Below, one piece after another: positions 13,483 through 26,529 of a DNA stretch of 64,000 nt. The DNA lies in contig NC_042999.1 in assembly GCF_006345805.1 (NCBI RefSeq), positions 109,678,001-109,742,000 on the forward strand, read 5' to 3'. A program made the translations under genes and the position numbers. Source of the stretch: Octopus sinensis (Eukaryota). Below the pieces are notes generated by a model, which was given only the letters and a program-made list of their open reading frames with translations, searched no databases and was not told where the DNA came from. Position 1 is the stretch's first letter, and the number at the start of each line of letters is the position of its first letter.

Positions 13483-14873
13483 ATCTGATTCCTATCTTCA
13501 AATAGATATGAATATCTCACCAGAACGAATATTGTTCAGTCATAATTAGTTTGAACAACTATTTAAATATATATATATATATATATATATGGCAATGCTT
13601 TGTATGATCATTTCAGTCCAGTTGTAAGCTGCACCATCATTTCAAATCAAAATGGATTCTTTTCTGATAATGACGACAGTGTCCGTTTATGTCATGGCTT
13701 TAGTTTTCATAGAATCTAACAGATCAATCAACAAAATAACTGTACACTACCTCAGGTAGTGATCTAACCACGGCAGACAGACAGGCTGGCAATAGCAAAG
13801 AACAGATCTGCTTACTTAATAACACTCGTAAGAGGCATCACTATTCAGCTGCCTTGGGTTTTGCATGAGCTGTATTTCAAAGATGACAGCTTTAATATTC
13901 CTGGTTGCCAAAGAAATTAACTTTAATGAAAGAAAATTCCTCATGACTCTAGGGAATATACAGGGCCATCGATTACAGAAAAATCAAAAGAACATATTTA
14001 CAATATGAGAAATATTTCCACCTAACTTGATGAGAGTCTTAAACAGATGATTTCCTACACTAGATATAGACACTAGATCAAGGAAGATGTCTGTGCCAGC
14101 TGCAGTACCCTTTTATTACTGCAAACTGATGAGAGGCTGAGAAGAGAGATGTGCAGAAAGCTGCTCATCTCACTGTATTTAATCAGTCGACAAAGAACAC
14201 AAGTGACTTTTGATTATAGTTCATAGCACTGCCAAAAGAAAGAAGCCAGGGCCATGTAGCTCAACACAGTCTAGCTATTTAGCAGCCACCTTGGTTTGTT
14301 TTGCATTCTACTTGCAATATGAACATCTAGACTATCATTTTTAGAAACCTATAGTCTAAAGCTAAGGGATAAATCAGTGGGGTTTTCTTATGAATTTTTC
14401 CCCTTATTATTATTATTATTATTATTATTATAATTTTTTTTCTTTTTTCTTTTTTGAATTATCAATAAATGAATAATGATAATGTACATTTATCAAAGAG
14501 GGAGAAGGTTATAATAATTGATTCTGAAGATAAATCTATGTCAATGTGAGTGTATCTATGAGTTGTGTTCTTGCATATGTATGTGTACATTTATGCATGT
14601 GCAATTCATGTACATGCATGTGTGTGTGTGTGTGTGCAGAAAAAGAAAGTAGATGTGCAGCATAAATAATAGAAATTCATCTTAACTAACTGGCAAAGCT
14701 TCATGTTATAAACATTTAAAGTGAGTCTGCATTGATATGGCCAAAAGCAAGATTCAATATAAAATTGAAAACAACTTTGTTAAAAATTATTTATAAAACT
14801 GAATTTCAAGAACCAAATATTTTTATATAGGAAATAGGGAAATCAAAACTAGCACATTAAATATTTAAGTTGT

Positions 14874-14896
14874 TATTATTATTATTATTATTATCA

Positions 14897-14942
<46 letters not shown>
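14874..14942. repeat. (TAT)n microsatellite
   Basis: Directly visible. Confidence 0.95.
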
Positions 14943-15870
14943 CTGAAATATTAAATTTTTCTGGAAAATGAATATTTTATAGCTGGTACATTTTCTCTAG
15001 ATTTGGAACAAAAACTATTGAAAGGAATTTATTTTATAGAATGTATAAAAGTAGCATTTGCAAAGAGTATGTTCATTCTATATTTCATTTTCAGTAGCTC
15101 TTATTTCCAGTATATTCTCCTGTACCATTGGGTACATGAAACCAATGTGGTAGATTTATTTGGCATATTTCTTTCCGTTCAAATGTTTTCAAATAATGTT
15201 ACGTGATTTTTCTTTCTTTCTTTTCTTTTTTTTCCCCCTACTTTCTGTTTAAAATTTTGGTGAATCTAATTTACGTGTAGTTAAACTTTCTTTAATTAAG
15301 ACTTCTTCAACTTACATTTAGAATATCATTCAGTAATAATTTCTTTCTTAGATGTAAAGTATTTTTTTGTAAATAGAAAAGAATTGATCCTGGTTCTTAT
15401 TTTAGCAAACATGGCAAAAAGTAAAGCCAAGTTCACTTTAGTAGGATTTGAAGAGCCAAATTATTGGCTTTGATGCATATACATTAATTTCGGTAATCTA
15501 ATATTATAAGTAATGCAACTTCACATGATGCATTAACATTGCATCACAAGATCTTCCCAGTCTCTATTTTGAGCACATTATACTTCTTTGCTGCTTAGAC
15601 AAATAAAACATATTTATAATTTAAAAACAAGACGCAGAGCTCGCTAATTTTGGATATTTTACATAAAATAGTTGACATACTTTATTTAAAGAAAATCCAC
15701 GAAGACAATTGAAGAATTTTAATTTAGTTTTGGTAATTCTTAGTTTAACTTCTCTCTTGTCTTTGGAAAACAGAGAATTGATCAGAGACTGCAGGAACCT
15801 TCTCAATTAGAGTAGAGGATGAGTGAAAACTGGTTTAGTGATATTCATGAAGTAATAGGTATTTTAAGAT

Positions 15871-16103
15871 AAAGGCGGAAAGCTGGCAGAAACATTAGCA
15901 TGCCAGGCGAAATGCGAAGCCGTATTTCGTCTGCCATTATTACATTCTGAGTTCAAATTCCGCCGAGGTCAACTTTGCCTTTCATCCTTTTGGGGTCAAT
16001 AAATTAAGTACCAGTTACGCACTGGGGTCGATATAATCAACTTAATCCGTTTGTCTGTCTTTGTTTGTCCCCGCTGTGTTTAGGCCCTTATGGGTAGTAA
16101 AGA
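15871..16103 (+). mobile_element. tRNA-derived SINE, family A, full length with 17-bp TSD
   Basis: AAGGCGGAAAGCTGGCAGAA...GAGTTCAAATTCC...GGGTAGTAAAG. Perfect TSD AATAGGTATTTTAAGAT at 15854-15870 and 16104-16120. Confidence 0.93.
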
Positions 16104-18059
16104 AATAGGTATTTTAAGATGGCTATGTCTTTCAAAGTGATGAATTAAATGTAAATTTTGGGGTAGAATATCAAGAGAAAAGAGGGAAAACAGCAAGTAC
16201 TTGATAAAGAACAATGAACTGGGAGCAAATTATAGATTCATTGATAAATTCTGAGGGTCAAAGTAAATTATAAAAGTTGAGTCCATAATACAAATACGTT
16301 ACACTTAACATTAATATCTAAACACTATAAAAATTATTTCTTGCTATATTATTTTTTTTATTCTTAGCTTTTGTCTGGTCAAATTGGAAATGCTAACAAT
16401 TCAAAAATAATATGAAAGCTGGATGAATCCTTGTTATGCAGATCCTAATTGTTACTGAATGTATCACTGTTATTGAAGTTACTGGTATATTCCATGCAAT
16501 AAGTCATGGATGAAAGTTGTGTAAAACCAGGATGATGTAAATTTTTAAATACAACTTAGATATAAGCTTGATTCCTATACGGTAGATTTAAAGATAAAAA
16601 CATTATTCTAATTTCGTTTTTGGATTTGGTTTGCAAGATTCTTTATATGAATTCGTGTGTTGAAGCATATTCTGTTGTGTCTGGGGAGAGTCATTTTCTT
16701 TTTGTGCCTTATAATGTAACACACTCACAGGTAAAATTTCCACTTATTTCTTATTTTTATTTTCCTAAAATTTTTGTTGCATCTTGCAACCTTTTCAAGA
16801 CTATTGAAAAGGTTGCAAGACACAACATAGAATCTAACATTCACCAAAAGCTGATGTCCACTTGAATTCCCAATTTTCATTAGTAATTACTTAAATCCCA
16901 TCTACTCCATTTACTTCAAATTTATATACATTAACAGAAGTTTATGCTTTTAGAGGGAAGTTTTTGTCTTCACATGGCAGTTCTTGGCTTTGAAAAGGTA
17001 CATAAAAATATTTTCTCTTACTAATTTGCTCCTCTAGTTATTTATAATCATTAATTATTCATCTGTATATTTACATTGTTGTAGATATATAGACCAATTT
17101 AAAGAAATCTTTTCAAAATGTCAAGAGCACTTTCTTTAAGATCCATCTCTATACCAATACTAGGTCATAAATATAAAGAAAAATCAGGAAGTCTAGGGAA
17201 ATAATTCATATAATATTACTACTGTGATCAATTATTTTTAATTTTGAATATATTGTAAAACAAAATTTGTGAGCTTTCATTTCCCAACCCTACTCCAAGT
17301 CTCCTTTTCTCTATTTCGCACACAAAACATACATTCAGATACAGATTATGAAACATATATCTGACAGAAGGTCACCAATAAATAGTGTGCTAATGAATAA
17401 ATATATATAAATGAATAATTCAGTCTATACAACTATATACATATAAATATTTGTATATCTATGATAAAGGGTCACCAATATATAGTTAAGTTGATGGAGA
17501 TAAAGACAGAGAGAGAGAGAGAGGTGAATACGACTCTCTATACTACTGCTACCATCATCAACACACTTAAACAGTTGTATAGATATTTATTTAATAGTAT
17601 AAGATATTAACAATTGCAACAATATGATACATCATGAAGTTATGAGTAAACCTGGATAAGCTATGTTATTTGGAACCAATAGAAAAGAACCAGATACACA
17701 ACTAATTTCATTTAAGACTAAATAATTAATTCATATAGCAGATAATATAGGCTCTATTTTAACTTTTGTTTAGGTTCTTAACATCTTGTGACCTATTTTA
17801 AAAATACTTTATTACAATTAGGTTTAGAGTTCAATTCATTAAATATTTCAACATAACTCTTGTTTCCTTTGCTATTAAAATAGAAATTTTATTGAAAATA
17901 CAATAATAAATTCTAGTTGTAGAACAAAATAAGTTGTATTTATTAAGTCTTGCCTGGAGTTTTGATTTTGTGCCATATCAAACAATCTTAGCCTTAATAT
18001 TTTTCAAAAATTTCCCCTTAACCTATTTCAAAACTTTCTATTTTGCTTCTTTCATGAAT

Positions 18060-18436
18060 CTTTATCTTTTACTTTATCTGAGTCATTAGACTGTGGCCAT
18101 GCTGGAGCACCACCTTGATGAATTTTAATCAAATGAATCAACCTCAGTACTTTAAAAATTTTTTAAAGTCTATTACTTATTTTACTGCTCTCTTTAGTGG
18201 AGCTACTAGGTCATGGGGACATAAACACACCAACACTGGTTGTCAAGCAATGATGGTGGGACAAACAAAGCCACGACGGACTTCTTTCAGTTTTCATCTT
18301 CCAAATCCACTCACAAGGCTTTGGTCAGCCCAAGGCTATAGTAGAAGCCGCTTGCCCAAGGTTCCACACAGTGGGAATGAACCCAGAATCATGTAGTTGG
18401 GAAGCAAGCTTCTTACCACACAGTCACAACTGTGCC
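18060..18436 (-). mobile_element. family D SINE, long form (tRNA head plus 3' module ending CCAGCATGGCCACAGTC)
   Basis: Reverse complement of the architecture seen at 53048-53460. Confidence 0.85.
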
Positions 18437-18690
18437 CTATTGTCAATGATCGTTAATTTTCTCTTTCATAATTATTTTTCTCACTTTCAGGAATAACCTA
18501 TGTGCACATAAGTGTTGTTTGTGAATGTGTGAATGTTTATAATATTACCTTATATTGTTTAGTACATATTCTCCTAGGCATATTTAAGCATATCTTTGAA
18601 TCTTTGTATCACAGTATAAGCATGTGGGTGTGTAGAAAGAAGCATGACCGCCTGTGTGTGTGCACATGTATGTATTTGTGGGTGTGTGTG

Positions 18691-18824
<134 letters not shown>

Positions 18825-19260
18825 GTTCTACTAAATGAATAGCTCAAATCAATCAGTAATTTACCATAAATCATCCATCAACATCTACCCTCATTCCAGC
18901 AGTGGGAGCAAGGCGAGGAACCCCTATGGTGTTAGGCAGCAAAAATACACAGTTGAAAGCCAATTTGTTCTTCTAGCTATTTATTCTTCCCTCAGTAGGT
19001 GAAAGGAAAAGAAACAAGTTCATGGAGGTCAGTATCTATTTATCATAATATTCATCTTTAGTGTGTCCCACCCTTGGGAGGGTGGGGGGATACAATTCCT
19101 GCAACTCTCCTTTCCTTCCAATCAGTATAATCTCCCTACTCATTTGTGTATTTCCAAGTGTGAAAGAAACATATCCACACATGTGTGTATGTCTAGTATC
19201 TATAAGAGTGGCACCGAATCAAACTGTTTTAAATAATAATAATAATAATAATAATAATGA

Positions 19261-19291
<31 letters not shown>

Positions 19292-19314
19292 ATATATATA
19301 TACATATATATATA

Positions 19315-19450
19315 CCGGAGTAAACACATAAATGTGAAACAAGGTGGAAAAAAGAGTACTCAAATACCAGTGGTAGAGTAATATGCTTTATTTAAAGCAG
19401 CAGAAAATTCAACAAAACCTGTTACTCTGAGTTTCGTCGAACAATTTTGT
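19315..19450 (-). mobile_element. short element inserted in a (TA)n tract, possible Penelope-like terminal fragment
   Basis: A discrete 136-bp non-repetitive block flanked by (TA)n on both sides. The minus strand has a hammerhead-like relic (see findings). Confidence 0.45.
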
Positions 19451-19458
19451 GTATATAT

Positions 19459-19524
<66 letters not shown>

Positions 19525-19526
19525 CA

Positions 19527-19748
19527 CAGGGGGTGCAAAACTAGGTATACATTAAGTATCACATCAATGTTATAATACTTAATTCATTAAAATTATTACA
19601 CATTAAATTAGTTAGCTGCATTTTTGATATTTTCAGTGTTATTAATCATAATACATTATCATAATTTTTAATTTTTTTGGTAAAAATAAATGAGTATTGT
19701 TCAAGTTCTCTTTTTTCATAACTGCATACCTACTTTTGCACCACCGAT
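19527..19748. mobile_element. Tc1/mariner-type MITE
   Basis: TIRs of ~24 bp, CAGGGGGTGCAAAACTAGGTATACA and TGCATACCTACTTTTGCACCACCG, around an AT-rich core in TA-rich context. Confidence 0.8.
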
Positions 19749-20639
19749 TACAAATATATATATATATACATATATATACACATATATATGTCTATGTGTA
19801 TGTTTGTGCATATATATATATATATCAATATACATATACACACATACTTATATATAGTACACCTTTATATGTATATATGTATATACATGTGCACATTTAT
19901 ATACATATCTGCACAATATGTGTATCTGTGTGTGTGTGTGTGTGTGTACCTCCACCCCTTCACTCACACACTCATTCACACACACACACACACACACTAT
20001 ATTTGATACATAACATACATACATATGAGCAAGCCTAGAGTCTATTGAGACAGCACTGGAGAGATGGGGGAAAAAATGTGTAGCTGCCAGATGTATTCTC
20101 TTCTACTGAGTGATGGATCTACCCATCACCACTGCCATCACCCCCACTCCCATTCGAAGCAATTGGTGGTGGATAGACTTCACAGTCTTTAGCATCACAG
20201 AATTTAAAAACAGGAAAGAAATGAAAGAAACCAGTATCAACTACTGTTTTTACTTTGTTATTGTTGTTGCTGTTGTTTTCGTCACTGCAGATGTTCTTGT
20301 TGCTACAACTAAAATCTGAAAAGGGCCTCGTTTGAAATAGAAACAAAATAGTTGGCTGAGGTCCCAGAGTAGTCAGTAAATTAGGCTAGGTGTTGAAAAC
20401 AGAGTCAAGACATTGGATCAAGTAGTCTTAGCAGATGGGGAAGTTGGAAAGTATATTGTGTCTGGAGTGGCACTGAAGCAGAACTAGTTAAAGTCATCTA
20501 GTACCCACACACCTAACTGCTTTTAAATACATGTGCTGTGCTTATGTGTGCAAACATACATATAGACAGCTGAGTGAAGCAGGCTTACTGTAACATATAA
20601 CAAGTCAAACACACCTATCATATAAGAAATAAACTTTCA

Positions 20640-21240
20640 AATTCGAGCTAAGTGAGCCTCCATACCAGTGGTTCTCAACCAGGGTCTGTTTGGTCCCCGA
20701 GGGTCCGTATAAGATTTTTAGGGGGTCCATGCAATAAAATAGTAAATTGAGGTTCTACAATAATATTTTAACAGTCCCAGAAATGATCTTGCTTTAGATG
20801 TATGTATTGGTATTTATTGCAAGAAACAACCTGGTTTCTTTCTCTAATGTTTTAAATAGTTCAACCAAGTTAATGTTTGGGGAAAAATAAGGAATTTTGA
20901 AAAAAGTTTCTATAGAACTAGTTTTATCAAACAGATATGGGAGTCCACCAAAATGAAATAGTAATCAAAGAGGCCCATAGATAAAAAAAAATAGCTGAGA
21001 ACTCCTGCCTATACTGTCACTAAGCCTGCTAGTTACAGCAGTCAAATTTCCTCTCCTCATACTGTGTGTTCTTAAAAAAAAAGGAGGATATATGGGACAG
21101 TAAGGACTTTGTTATGCTGAAGTTAAGGAAAAAAAAAAGATTATAGGCTTCTTGGAACAGTGCTGACATGATGCTAAAAGCCCATATACATTAGCAGGCC
21201 TAATACTCATTAAACATCTGCTGAACCTATGTTATTTAAG
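20640..21240 (-). repeat. family C interspersed repeat, split by the hAT MITE
   Basis: Minus strand GAGGAAATTTGACTGCTGTAACTAGCAGGCTTAGTGACA...GAGGCTC matches the copies at 42-45.5 kb and 62.9 kb. Confidence 0.65.
20666..21007. mobile_element. hAT (Charlie-like) MITE
   Basis: TIRs CAGTGGTTCTCAACC and AGCTGAGAACTCCTG, with a degenerate TSD (TCCATAC / CCTATAC). It interrupts a family C repeat. Confidence 0.82.
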
Positions 21241-21432
21241 TGTTGAAGCAGGATAAAAGAATTATTTAAACAAAGACAAGTGTAATTAGAGCATATCACA
21301 GTTAAAACCATTTGTACCTTCTCACAAACAATGAAAATTACTCTGGGGAAATAAGGGTGAATTTGAGCAACCACTTGTTAACCCTCCCTCATAAACACAA
21401 ATGCATGTTATTACACAAGTTCAAAGATCACT

Positions 21433-21657
21433 TAAGGCAGCAAACTGGCAGAATAGTTACTGTGCTGGACAAAATGTTTAGTGGCATGTCATCTGTCTTT
21501 TAGGTTCTGAGTTCAAACTCCCCTGAGGCCAACTTTGCTTTTTGTTCTTTCAGGGTCGATGATATAAGTACTAGTTGCATACTGGAGATTGATGTAATTA
21601 ACTGTACCCTCCCCTCCCCCAAATTTCAGGCCTTGAGTCTATTGTAGAAAGGATTAT
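21433..21657 (+). mobile_element. family A SINE, alternative tail (TTTCAGGCCTTG...GAAAGGATTAT)
   Basis: Same head and core as 15871 with a different 3' end. Confidence 0.85.
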
Positions 21658-23729
21658 ACAGATTCATATCAACAGTTAACTACACACACACATACACACA
21701 AATTTACAGGCTCATATGCATGGATAGAAACATTTGGCAGATATAATTGAAACTCTGTGAGTGTGTGTGTGTGACTTTCCTGTACATGTGCTGTATTTAA
21801 GAGAAGCGAGGAAAGCCATATCCAGTTATATCCCACCTCTCAACTGGTTAGAGGAAAATACCAGGGAAGGACTTGCTGCTTTCAATTTTGAAGAGAAACA
21901 GCATTACATCAACTGTATGATGGTACATGTGGAAAAAGAATGGGAGAAAGAGGAAAATCTTTAAATACTTATCTACTTGAATTCTACGTGAAAGGGTGGT
22001 GGTGAAAAGTTTAGGTGTTTTAGACGGAAATCTCTGGGGCCTGACAAAGAAACCTGTAAGATGTTTTACGATTTATTATCTGGTCATTATGAGTTAATGC
22101 TTGGATATAAATAAATATTAGAATGACACAAATAACAGAATTTCAGTGCATGAAGGTTTTCTCATTCTTTTGTGTAGTCATTGAACAGTTTTACTCATTT
22201 CTTAAGTATCAGTTAGGGAGACATAAAAGAAGAACAATTAACCCCCACCCACCTACCCACCCCTCCAAAGAAAAAACAACAAGAAAAACAACAAAAAAAG
22301 AAAAGAAAACATTCAATTGAATCAATAATTTTGGTTTTAATACAAATACTAATAGGAAAAGCAGTTAATTTAATAGGATAGCATTTGGTTAGGGACCACA
22401 GCAATCCAATATATTTATCCCAGAAGAGAATATTCTATAAAGAGACACTCTTTCCAGAGACAGAAAAGAAACAAGCTGGACTGCAAGCTTAATGCAACAT
22501 GCCCGGACTATAACGCACAACAGGCACTGTATAAAATGCTATCAGCGGGGACAGGCTGGGGTAGTTAATAACTATAACAACAGCAGCAGCATGTTTGTGA
22601 GAAGATGAGACATGTAATAAATATTGGGTAGAAGCAACTTTTATTTATAAAGAGTGGAGAAATGGGAATACTTTTATAAGAAAGTTTGGTGGCAACTTTT
22701 ATTGTCATACAAAATAAATTGGTTTATTTTTAAGAATTACTTTTTTTTTTCTGGAAAGATTTGGTATCTTTTTCTTAAACAGAAAAATAAAAAGAAAATT
22801 TCCCTGTTCTTTCCACTCACTATCTTCTACAAAGATGTGTATGTGTGTGTATGCATAAACACAAATATATATATATTAGTCATATACATACATTTATGCA
22901 TGCACATACATACACACATGCACATTGATATGAACTAAAATAATTTTACCAAATGTTGAAGCATGCAAAGTGTCAGAGTTCATTTGTAGTTATGTTTAAT
23001 TTGATTTGTTTCTTTTAGAAAAGTGAAGGATAAAACTAGCCATAGAAAGCAAATCTTGAATTTTATTTCTATCTATGTGAAAATTCATAATGCAGGATTA
23101 ATAATCCTTCGTCATACACACTTAATGTGTACATAAATTGCATGGTTAAAGACATCTCTCAATCAATAAATAACAACATATCTAAGGAAATATTGTTATG
23201 AGTGTAAACTATCCTTCATAATGTTGTAATCAAGCCCCTTCTAATCAATCAATAGGAAGATAACAGATTCTGCAAATGAAAAACAGTTCAATCTACTGTT
23301 TATTTATCGTGCAATCTTTAAATTTTTTTTTCCAGATGAGTAATTAAGCATGTAAAATCTTCATTCCCTACCCTCAAAGTTACATAACCCTAAAAATTTC
23401 AGAAAAGAAAAAGAGCACTAATTATTTGATATCTTTCAATATAAAGCATTCTTAAACACCAAAATTAAATGCCTAGAGAAACAAACTCATAGCCAATTGC
23501 TTTAAACATCAAATAAAAGTAACTTTAAAGTTATTTGTGTTTTCTCCTAGAGTGTCCCTTAGCAAAAAAAAAAAGGAACTGAGAAATTGAACTCTCAAAT
23601 GATATGGTTAGTGAAATTTTCTCAACATGGATGTGAACCTGGTGTTTTTTAAAGTATCAAAAAGTTTACTTACAAAAATATGTGCATATCTGCCTGTCTG
23701 TCTGTTTATCTATCTATCTGTCTACATGT

Positions 23730-23851
23730 GTGTGTATATATATATATATATATATACACACACATAAATACACACACACCCCATATATATATGTATATAT
23801 ATATATTATATATATATATACACACACATAAATACACACACACCCCATATA

Positions 23852-23900
<49 letters not shown>
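23730..23900. repeat. short tandem duplication within a TA/CA microsatellite
   Basis: CACACACATAAATACACACACACCCCATATATATATG occurs twice. Confidence 0.85.
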
Positions 23901-24416
23901 CTGTGCATAAATTCATTCATGATATTTAATTCTGGTGCAAATATACAATAAGCACATAAACGCAATTTTCATGAATATACTAGTGTGTAAAAAAGAGAGT
24001 GTATGTGCATATTATTATGCATTAGGTGTGTGTGTGTGGGGGGGGATGTTTCATATAAACCTACATATTCACATAATTGAACTTCACTCCTGTTACAAAG
24101 ACATTTTCAACAATCTTCAGAAAATGCATCTGCAATGATTTGTATTCAGATGAAGGAAGTGAAAAAAAATATATAAGTAAATGATAAAAGTTTTTTTAAA
24201 TTAAAAATAAGTAAAATGAAATAAAATATTTCATTTCTCATCAGGTACAACCCAAAGTGAGCATTAACTGTTGTACCAATATAATCCCTGTTACTGCGCC
24301 ATCATACATGTATTTCTTACCAAGCTTTACTCAGAGTAAGATATATGTAAAAACAAATTAACTTTACTAAAATGTTAAATAGATAATACATACATGTATA
24401 TTAGTTTATATCTACC

Positions 24417-24558
24417 TATATGTATGTATGTATGTATGTGTGTATGTATGTAAGTATGTATGTATGTATGTATGTATGTATGTATGTATGTATGTATATA
24501 TGTATGTAATATATTAGAATATATATATGTATATACAGAGAGAAAGAGATAGATAGAG

Positions 24559-24630
<72 letters not shown>
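24417..24630. repeat. (TATG)n and (GA)n microsatellites
   Basis: Directly visible. Confidence 0.95.
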
Positions 24631-24832
24631 TGAGAGAAGAAAACACTTCTTATTGGTTGTATGATAAATGTATAGACATTATTCTACTGGATGTATTATT
24701 TATCATACACCTAATATATTTCAATATCTGCACATACATTATTCCTACTACTTTGTAAATTTGTGTATTGTAAAGCTTTCTTTTCTCATGTCTAATAGAA
24801 AAAAATAAAGAACTATTATTGTTGAGATAACA

Positions 24833-24837
<5 letters not shown>

Positions 24838-24892
<55 letters not shown>
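24838..24892. repeat. (AAT)n microsatellite
   Basis: Directly visible. Confidence 0.95.
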
Positions 24893-24896
<4 letters not shown>

Positions 24897-25096
24897 TGTT
24901 TTATTTGCCACAGAGGCAATGAGAATATTAATTCTTTTGAATTTAAATACAAGGTCAGAAATTTTGGAGGAGGAATTAGTTGATTAACTTAATGACAGTA
25001 CTTGACAAGTACTTTGGATTCTGAGATCAATTTAATTGACTAATCCCATCCCCTCAAATTTTCAACCATATGCCTATACATCATAATTATTACTAT

Positions 25097-25305
25097 TAAG
25101 GTGACGAGCTGGCAGAATCGTCAGCTCGCCGGGCAAAATGCTTAGCATTATTTCATATGTCTTCGTGTTCTGAGTTCAAATTCCACTGAGGTTGACTTTC
25201 ATCTTTTCAAGGTTGATGAAATAAGTACCAGTTGAACACTGGGGTTGATATAATTGACTTATCCCCTTCCCCTAACTTGCTGGCATGTGCCGAAATTTGA
25301 AATCA
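25097..25305 (+). mobile_element. family A SINE
   Basis: TAAGGTGACGAGCTGGCAGAATCG...GAGTTCAAATTCC...TAAGTACCAGTTGAACACTGGGG. Confidence 0.85.
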
Positions 25306-25320
25306 TCATCATTATTATTA

Positions 25321-25530
25321 TATGGTGTCGAGCTTTCAGAACCATTAACATATTTTGCATATTTTGTCCATCTTTACGTTCTGAGTTCAAATTCCACTAA
25401 GGTCAACTTTGCCTTTCACTTTTTGGGGATTAATAAAAGAAGCACCAGTACGGAGAGGTGGGGGTACCAATGCGATCAATTATCATCCCCTCCAAAATTT
25501 TCAGGTCTATAGCAGAAAGGATTATTATTA
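25321..25530 (+). mobile_element. family A SINE, second tandem copy
   Basis: GAGTTCAAATTCCACTAAGGTCAACTTTGCCTTTCA core, with an AGAAAGGATTATT tail. Confidence 0.8.
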
Positions 25531-25955
25531 TTGCATAGTACAATAAAAGAAAAGGATGACCCATATAAAAATATTACATTTTTAATCATATGATGTAGTA
25601 TTATTTTAAATATCATAAGATACAATAGTTACATTTGAAACAACATATATCATTTTATATATGTTCTTTTCAATATTTTATATTAAAAATAAGATCACAT
25701 TATAAAACGGTTGTAAGTTGAAGATTTTTTTTTCAAGTTTGAAAAAAATATTCAGTAACTTCTTCTCACCCATTATGTGATATCCATCAATGGGAGATCA
25801 AAGTTGTTGACTTATACTAGCAACTGGTAGGATACAACTTTTACTAGCCACACCCATGGGAGGAGTTGAACTCAGAAATGCAAGCAAATACTTGCTGCTT
25901 TTGTAGTGCTGTTATTACTTAAAGTGGTGAACTCTTCCTACTTGTAGTACCTATA

Positions 25956-26190
25956 TCAGTATTTCTTGACCAGTTCTTACCTATGGACCCCTTTGGTTCT
26001 TATTTTCCTTGGGTGGACTCTCCTATGAATTTGATGCTTATAATATCCTATAATATTTTTATAATTAAATATTATTAGGAAGTGTATTAAAAAAATTGTC
26101 AAAATAATTTACGTATTGTTGAAAAATAATCAATTTATTGTACATAATATATTAACAATAAATCTTATAAGGAACATTGAAATAAATAAA
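25956..26190. mobile_element. partial degenerate hAT MITE related to 20666-21007
   Basis: CAGTATTTCTTGACC...CTATGGACCCCTTTGGTTCTTATTTT...GGTGGACTC matches the reverse complement of 20940-21007. Confidence 0.6.
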
Positions 26191-26460
26191 CTTGTTGAGA
26201 GTTCTGTTTCTTGGTTCGTGTTTGAATACAATCAGTTAAACTAATGGTTATCTGGATGTTGTTTTATTAGCAAAATATCTAGGACTCTAATAGATATGAA
26301 TTTATTAATATGTACTTGTAAAGTATTGAAGTATTAATCACACAGGTTAGATTCAATCTCTAGCTGACTCCCACAATATATTTTTCTATATTCCTGAGTG
26401 TGCGCAGGTGTTTGTGTATATATGTATGTGTGTGTGTGTACATGTTTGTATGTATGTATG

Positions 26461-26529
<69 letters not shown>

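Noticed and set aside
19067-19086. GC-rich 8-bp hairpin CCCACCCT/AGGGTGGG
   Set aside because: Too short to interpret, with no supporting context.
22500-22570. TATA box (TATAAAA at 22530) with a possible initiator
   Set aside because: The spacing is marginal, the motif is common in AT-rich DNA, and no downstream exon is evident.
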